Origin: Chitinophaga pinensis
GTDB taxonomy: Bacteria; Bacteroidota; Bacteroidia; NS11-12g; UBA955
Reading direction: 5' to 3'
Length of the DNA: 64,000 bases
Assembly: GCA_945888525.1 (NCBI GenBank)
Contig: CAMDAF010000009.1
Span: 13,276-77,275, forward strand
Shown: piece after piece, positions 58,827-64,000 of the stretch
How positions within the stretch are numbered: position 1 is the stretch's first letter
Layout of the letters: each line of letters opens with the position of its first letter
Notes under the pieces: model-generated
The model's input: the letters and a program-made list of their open reading frames with translations, nothing else
The model's database searches: none
What the model was told of the DNA's origin: nothing
Position numbers and translations under genes: made by a program

Positions 58827-60002
58827 ATGAATACAATTCTATTTGACGACCAAGAAGTTTCCCATCTTTATCCTTTTACGTTAACAAGACCAGCAGCAGA
58901 AATACGCTGCGGAATTTTAACCATTGCGGAGAAATGGAACCTATGTCTCGCTGCCGATATTTCTTATATCTGTGCCAAGCATCTTTCTGGCAAATTTCCT
59001 GTAAAGCCGGACGCTGAAAATTTATTCATCAACAGCCGTTTGCTGCCCGATACCGCTTTGTTGTCGGCCATTCAAGCCCTGGCTAATGGCGAGTGTTTGA
59101 AAAGCAACAGCACCATACTTGCTTATCGTGGTGCTCAATTGGCCGAAGCTGAGCAAGCCAAGTCTGTACAATACAAGGGCGAATTTTATCAAATATCCCA
59201 CATCCACAATATCTTTTCGTTCAACCACCATCAAATCAATCTCGATTTTGAACGCATAACGAACACTAGGGCTTCGCAAACTTTAAGTTCCACCAATACC
59301 GTTATTGGCAAACATCCTATCTTCCTTGAAGAGGGTGCCAAGGCGGAAGCTTCTGTGTTTAATGCCACTGACGGACCAATTTATTTGGGTAAAAATTCGG
59401 AGGTTATGGAAGGTGCTTTAATCCGTGGTCCTTTTGCGCTTTGCGAATCAGCTGGCATTAAAATGGGTGCGAAGATTTACAATGGCACCACTGTTGGTCC
59501 ACACAGCAAAGTTGGAGGAGAGGTGAGCAATTCGGTGATATTTGGGTATTCAAACAAGGGGCATGACGGTTTTTTAGGCAATTCTGTTTTGGGTGAATGG
59601 TGCAACCTTGGTGCCGATACCAACAACAGCAATTTAAAAAACAATTATGAGATTGTGAAATTATGGAATTATCAAACCGAGCGTTTTGAGAAAACAGGTT
59701 TGCAGTTTTGCGGCCTCTTTATGGGCGACCACAGCAAATGTGGCATCAATACCATGTTCAATACCGGAACCGTGGTTGGTGTATCTGCCAATATCTTCGG
59801 TTCGGGCTTTCCGCGCAATTTCGTTCCTTCCTTCAGTTGGGGCGGTGCACAAGGCTTCGAAACATATACGCCTGCTAAGGCCTTTCAAACGGCCGAATTG
59901 GTGATGCAAAGACGACATATTGAATTATCAGAAGACGATAAAAACATATTAAATTACATTTATACACTAGAATCTAAGTTTAGAAATTGGGAAAAATCAT
60001 GA
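58827..60002 (+). CDS. GlmU-related putative sugar nucleotidyl/acyltransferase (Bacteroidota type)
   Basis: LYPFTLTRP.AEIRCGILTIAEKW N-terminus; hexapeptide region with NKGHDGFLGNSVLGEWCNLGADTNNSNLKN. Confidence 0.85.
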   Translation: MNTILFDDQEVSHLYPFTLTRPAAEIRCGILTIAEKWNLCLAADISYICAKHLSGKFPVKPDAENLFINSRLLPDTALLSAIQALANGECLKSNSTILAYRGAQLAEAEQAKSVQYKGEFYQISHIHNIFSFNHHQINLDFERITNTRASQTLSSTNTVIGKHPIFLEEGAKAEASVFNATDGPIYLGKNSEVMEGALIRGPFALCESAGIKMGAKIYNGTTVGPHSKVGGEVSNSVIFGYSNKGHDGFLGNSVLGEWCNLGADTNNSNLKNNYEIVKLWNYQTERFEKTGLQFCGLFMGDHSKCGINTMFNTGTVVGVSANIFGSGFPRNFVPSFSWGGAQGFETYTPAKAFQTAELVMQRRHIELSEDDKNILNYIYTLESKFRNWEKS

Positions 60003-60757
60003 AAAGACAAAAAATTGCCGCTGGCAACTGGAAAATGCATAAAACCTTTGAAGAAGGTCAAGGCTTAGCTCAAGAAATTAGAACCATGGCAGCCACTGAA
60101 GTAATGCCAGAAGCGAAATTGTTAATATTCCCGCCTTACATCCACCTGCAAGCCATTGCCAAACAATTGGCGGGTTCAGGTATTGGTGTAGGTGCTCAAA
60201 ACATCAACCAAAACGAACAAGGTGCTTTTACAGGTGAAGTTTCAGCTGCTATGTTAAAGTCTATCGACATCCACTACACCCTTGTTGGGCATAGTGAGAG
60301 AAGACAATACTACAACGAAATCAATGCGTCTTGTGCGACTAAAATCGAAACATCTATAAAGCACAACATTGTACCGGTATATTGTATCGGCGAGACTTTG
60401 GCAGAGCGCGAAGCCAATGCACATTTTGACATTGTTAAGCAACAACTTTCGGCTATGAATGGCTTGAGCAACGATGATGCTGCTAAATGTATTTTGGCTT
60501 ACGAACCCGTTTGGGCTATTGGCACAGGCGTTACGGCTTCTGCGGAGCAAGCAAACGAAATGCACATACACATCCGCAAAGCTGTGGCCAGCATGTTTAA
60601 CGAAGAGATTGCTTCAGGCATTTCTATCCTATACGGAGGAAGTGTTAAACCAGACAATGCCAAGTCATTGTTTGCGATGTCTGACATCGATGGTGCTTTA
60701 ATCGGAGGCGCTGCTTTGGCTTCTCGCGATTTTATCGACATCGCTAAATCGTTCTAA
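59999..60757 (+). CDS. tpiA: Triosephosphate isomerase
   Basis: AGNWKM, GAFTGEVS, GHSERR, AYEPVWAIGTG and LYGGSVKP motifs. Confidence 0.98.
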   Translation: MKRQKIAAGNWKMHKTFEEGQGLAQEIRTMAATEVMPEAKLLIFPPYIHLQAIAKQLAGSGIGVGAQNINQNEQGAFTGEVSAAMLKSIDIHYTLVGHSERRQYYNEINASCATKIETSIKHNIVPVYCIGETLAEREANAHFDIVKQQLSAMNGLSNDDAAKCILAYEPVWAIGTGVTASAEQANEMHIHIRKAVASMFNEEIASGISILYGGSVKPDNAKSLFAMSDIDGALIGGAALASRDFIDIAKSF

Positions 60758-60774
60758 TAAAAATATTCAATAGT

Positions 60775-60809
60775 AAAAAAGTCCCGACCATTATTGTCGG
60801 GACTTTTTT
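60775..60809. terminator. Bidirectional intrinsic terminator after tpiA
   Basis: AAAAAAGTCCCGAC-N7-GTCGGGACTTTTTT perfect 14-bp inverted repeat. Confidence 0.85.
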
Positions 60810-60913
60810 GTTTTTAGGTATTTGGAAAGTGAGAATTAGAATACTACTCCAAAATCAACCTGGCCAATAGATTCAAGCAAAGCGATACTGCTTAAACCCT
60901 ACCTTGGACATGC

Positions 60914-61357
60914 TTAGTTCAAATTGGCAGGAAAGTTATTCTGTATATATAATCTGAAAGATTCTTTAAACTTCTTTGTGTTTTCAGGGTTATCAAACCA
61001 TTTTCTGTGTAAAGAATTTTCTACCTCAATAACAACTGACCAAGTTTTCATTAGTTCATCATCTCCCTTATCAAAAATAGTTTCACAGAAATTCCAACTT
61101 ATAAATGCATAAATTTCGTATTTAATTTTTTCGTTTTCTAAAAATGAATTTAAATAATCATTGGTTAAAATAGGATTTCGAAAAGATGGGTTTTCCATTC
61201 CTGTTTTTAAAATATCTAAATAGGTTGCATCAAAAATATCATATGAATTACTGGATTTATCCTTATACCACATAATTATGTACAGTAAAATTGCGATTCC
61301 AGCTAAAATTGTTGCAGTAGAACTAACTATTAAGTTCCAAAATTCGATTGTTGTCAT
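60914..61357 (-). CDS. Hypothetical protein with N-terminal TM helix (AT-rich)
   Basis: 147 aa; TM LIVSSTATILAGIAILLYIIMWY; helical domain with YAFISWNFCETIFD and ENSLHRKWF; ATGA overlap with the GNAT gene. Confidence 0.7.
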   Translation of the reverse strand: MTTIEFWNLIVSSTATILAGIAILLYIIMWYKDKSSNSYDIFDATYLDILKTGMENPSFRNPILTNDYLNSFLENEKIKYEIYAFISWNFCETIFDKGDDELMKTWSVVIEVENSLHRKWFDNPENTKKFKESFRLYIQNNFPANLN

Positions 61358-62028
61358 AAAATGATTTTATTGCTAAATGTAATTTGATTAGGTGTATTTT
61401 TTAAGATTGAAATCAATAAATTGTTGTTTTCTGTTTTCCCATACAAATCTAAATAAAGTCGCTTAATTAATGGTTCTATTTTATCAAATTCAATCATGTC
61501 TTTTTCATATTTAGGCGATATCATAAGCAACATTTCGGTTGTTTCAGTGTCATCTAAAGAGGGCAGTATATATGGGACTTCGTTTAAAACGTAGGCCCCG
61601 TTTTTTATATAAAAGTTAATTCTTTTTTTCCTTAGATCTTTGTTGTCTCCGAATAGATGATTTTCAACTTCAATGACCATGTATTTTTTGCTGGTATTTA
61701 TCGTATGAGTTAGGTGTTTAAATAACTCAGTGCCGAATTGATTGTTTCTATATTCTTTGGCAACCGCTAGATAATCCAAAAGCACAAATTCCAAGTCTTT
61801 AAAGTCCCACAACAAAGCCATACACGTAACATCTTCATTCAGAAGGCCAACAAATAATCTAGATTTCGATTCAATTATTCTTTTTTTAATTAATGATAAT
61901 GGCTGTTTTTCGTTAGAAGGGAAAGCTTCATCATAGATATTCATTGCATTTGCAAAATGAATGTCTTTAATGTCTAATATTTCATGAAACGATGGTTTTG
62001 TGTTGTTTTTTAATTTATCATTTGTCAT
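61354..62028 (-). CDS. GNAT family N-acetyltransferase (AT-rich)
   Basis: IYDEAFPSNE, LDYLAV.KEYRNNQFGT (motif A), IEVE and RINFYIKNG motifs. Confidence 0.85.
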   Translation of the reverse strand: MTNDKLKNNTKPSFHEILDIKDIHFANAMNIYDEAFPSNEKQPLSLIKKRIIESKSRLFVGLLNEDVTCMALLWDFKDLEFVLLDYLAVAKEYRNNQFGTELFKHLTHTINTSKKYMVIEVENHLFGDNKDLRKKRINFYIKNGAYVLNEVPYILPSLDDTETTEMLLMISPKYEKDMIEFDKIEPLIKRLYLDLYGKTENNNLLISILKNTPNQITFSNKIIL

Positions 62029-62050
62029 TTGTGAAATATTTTAAACTTTT

Positions 62051-62178
62051 CATAACGTTTTGTGTCCTAAAGATGCTGGGGTTTCGTTAAATCCGAAACC
62101 ATTCTTAAAAAACAAAGTGTCAAAAGTACAAAACTTTATATGAAGTCCAAAACCAGCAATGAAGCCTTAAACGGTATC
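62051..62178. repeat. Degenerate long imperfect palindrome (attC-like remnant) upstream of the GNAT gene
   Basis: CATAACGTTT (62051) versus AAACGGTATC (62169); TGCTGG/CCAGCA arms (62074/62153); inner GGTTTCG-N7-CGAAACC stem. Confidence 0.4.
62121..62151 (-). promoter_or_regulatory. Consensus Bacteroidota -33/-7 promoter pointing at the GNAT gene
   Basis: Minus strand reads TTTG-N19-TACTTTTG. Confidence 0.55.
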
Positions 62179-62236
62179 TGCCATGGCTGCACCCATTTAT
62201 GTAACAAAGCCAGAAAGACGGCCTTCTGCCATGCCA

Positions 62237-64000
62237 CTACCTCAACAACGTCACCGTTCCCTCATAGGTGTATTCTTCGCCATCAAATGCAGCTACTTTA
62301 ATCACCCATAGGTAAACGTCCTGTTGTACATCTTCGCCACGCGACTTGCCATCCCAAGAGGCATGCTTGTCGCTGCTTTCCCATAACTTCTCGCCCCAAC
62401 GGTTTAAGATTTGTATGTGGAACGATTTCTCGCCGTTTACAACCGCTTTAAATACGTTGTTGTCCTTCGGTCCTGTACCCTCGGGGCTAAACGCGGTTGG
62501 AACAAACACCGTTACGTCTGGATCAATTTCACGCACCTGGCCTAAGCTGTCTGAACAAGTCAAACCACCATAAGAAATCGTTGAGGTTAACACCACTCTG
62601 TATTTCATGGTGTCGGCAGGGTAGCTGTGTATCGGGTTTTTTGCTGTGCTGGTATCGTCAGGGTCGCTGCTTCCAAAATGCCAATTGTAGTCTATAGCAG
62701 CAGGGCTGATCCAACGTGTTTTGGTTTCGTTAAAGAATCTGAATTTAGGGAAGGCCACCGTGGTGTAATATCCAGGGTCGCTGCTAAAGCCTGCTTTTGG
62801 CATTGGCAATACTTTGATAAAGTCTAAGGAGTCTCTGGTAATCGGACAAGTCTCATTTGAGCCCACACCCCATTGGTTGTCTATCCTTAAAGTAACATCA
62901 TACCAATTGCGGTTTGCTGTATCATAACGGATGCCAAGTGGTGCCGCATTCAACGATTGGTTTAAGGTCTGTCCATTGCCAAAATCCCAGGTATAGGTTA
63001 GTTTGCTAGACCCTAATGGTTTTCTCACCAAGCTTTGGAAGTTGACCACGGCTGGTTCGCATTGTAAGGTCGGATCGGCGGTAAAGTCAAACTGAGGATA
63101 AGGTTCTATAATCAAATTGATTTCGTCCTTGGCTTGCGGACAAACGCCAAGCTTATCGGTCTTGATGGTCAAAATAACTTTACCCGCCAAATCATTGATG
63201 CCGGTATCTTTCAATCCGTGCTTGTAGATGCTGATTAAGTTTTTATCGTCGCTAAATTGTCCATCACCATTATGGCTCCATGTAATAGAGTTGGCCCAGT
63301 TTTTTGTTGCCGTTAAGTTAAAATCTATGCCCTCACATTGTTGGTAAGGCTTTTTATTGCCAATAAGCACTTCGGGTTGCGACTGTATCAATATTTTTTG
63401 AGAGTCAGATGCGGTGCAAGTGGTTAAAGGATTTGAGTATTCAAACTTAACGCTTATCGGTCCTTCGTATAATTTGGTTTTGCTGCTAATGCTTGGGTCA
63501 AATTTTCGCATGCTCACGCCTTTGCCTGACCATGTGCCAACATTTCCAACTGGTAATATATTGTTCAACGTAAATGCTGCGGCGCTCGAACATACGGTAT
63601 CAGGAACATCAATTTGTATAATCGGCAAGCCGTTTACCATTATCTCAGTGCTGTCCGTTACCGGGCATCCACTCGATACATCAGTGAGTTTTAATAGGTA
63701 TTGTCCTGCGCCATATTTAGGGTCAAAGTACTTTTTACTCTTTACAGAATTTAAAATCTTAGGTGCAACGTTCGGATTGCTTAAATCTCTAGAACCTGCA
63801 TATTCAATGGTTTCCCAAGTGCCATAAGGGAATCTGTTGCCGGTGTTTTTATCGACAACAAAACTGTCCAAAGCCAACAATGGGTAATTGATACATTGTT
63901 TGTTGAATTCAGTGAATTGTATTTCTGGCAAGCGAATCACAAAAACATTGGCCGTATCGCAAGTTTGGCAACCGGTTATGGCATCTTTGAAACAGTATTC
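62237..64000 (-). CDS. Large surface protein with T9SS type B CTD, close paralogue of 3133..7758 (partial, starts beyond window)
   Basis: Frame is open to the window edge (EYCFKDAITGCQTCDTANVFVIRLPE...); collinear with 5980..7758; both end YEGTVTLLR. Confidence 0.9.
   Translation of the reverse strand, partial: EYCFKDAITGCQTCDTANVFVIRLPEIQFTEFNKQCINYPLLALDSFVVDKNTGNRFPYGTWETIEYAGSRDLSNPNVAPKILNSVKSKKYFDPKYGAGQYLLKLTDVSSGCPVTDSTEIMVNGLPIIQIDVPDTVCSSAAAFTLNNILPVGNVGTWSGKGVSMRKFDPSISSKTKLYEGPISVKFEYSNPLTTCTASDSQKILIQSQPEVLIGNKKPYQQCEGIDFNLTATKNWANSITWSHNGDGQFSDDKNLISIYKHGLKDTGINDLAGKVILTIKTDKLGVCPQAKDEINLIIEPYPQFDFTADPTLQCEPAVVNFQSLVRKPLGSSKLTYTWDFGNGQTLNQSLNAAPLGIRYDTANRNWYDVTLRIDNQWGVGSNETCPITRDSLDFIKVLPMPKAGFSSDPGYYTTVAFPKFRFFNETKTRWISPAAIDYNWHFGSSDPDDTSTAKNPIHSYPADTMKYRVVLTSTISYGGLTCSDSLGQVREIDPDVTVFVPTAFSPEGTGPKDNNVFKAVVNGEKSFHIQILNRWGEKLWESSDKHASWDGKSRGEDVQQDVYLWVIKVAAFDGEEYTYEGTVTLLR

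Noticed and set aside
38463-60757. Apparently higher GC in the right half of the window as a large island or chimeric join
   Set aside because: Only a few lines were sampled, the region holds core genes with the same promoter style, and no boundary or mobility gene is seen; it needs a computed GC and coverage profile.
58761-60809. Similar TCCCG...CGGGA hairpins after ssb, L31 and tpiA as a mobile repeat family
   Set aside because: All sit just after stop codons with T tails and have different loops; ordinary intrinsic terminators explain them.
5980-64000. Paralogous repeat as a diversity-generating retroelement template/variable pair or shufflon
   Set aside because: Differences are mostly synonymous third-position changes at all bases, not adenine-specific; both copies are long coding regions; no reverse transcriptase or invertase is in the window.

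Overview
A 64-kb, AT-rich chromosomal segment from a Bacteroidota bacterium. The assignment rests on TAnnTTTG -7 promoters, T9SS C-terminal sorting domains, Gln after most signal peptides, and Bacteroidota-type ParC/ParE and L31. Housekeeping genes (gltA, Mur ligase, htpG, trxA, carboxyltransferase, trpS, deoxynucleoside kinase, DnaQ-GIY-YIG, ssb, dnaG, parE/parC, L31 type B, tpiA) are interspersed with six large T9SS-secreted surface proteins. Five have type B CTDs; two of these are close paralogues lying inverted about 55 kb apart. Best candidates for uncharacterised systems: (i) an operon of a membrane-anchored M48 peptidase plus three AIM24/TIGR00266 paralogues, bracketed by G-rich short repeats and REP-like hairpins; (ii) a very AT-rich GNAT plus membrane-protein pair behind a degenerate attC-like palindrome containing a consensus promoter; (iii) an ECF sigma / beta-barrel anti-sigma / T9SS cargo operon; (iv) an SdpAB-like HTTM pair after trpS; (v) a secreted PIG-L deacetylase, an unlisted 39-aa membrane peptide and a Na+/solute symporter. 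No rRNA, tRNA, CRISPR array, integrase or transposase was seen. All family calls are from motif recognition by eye, with no database searches.
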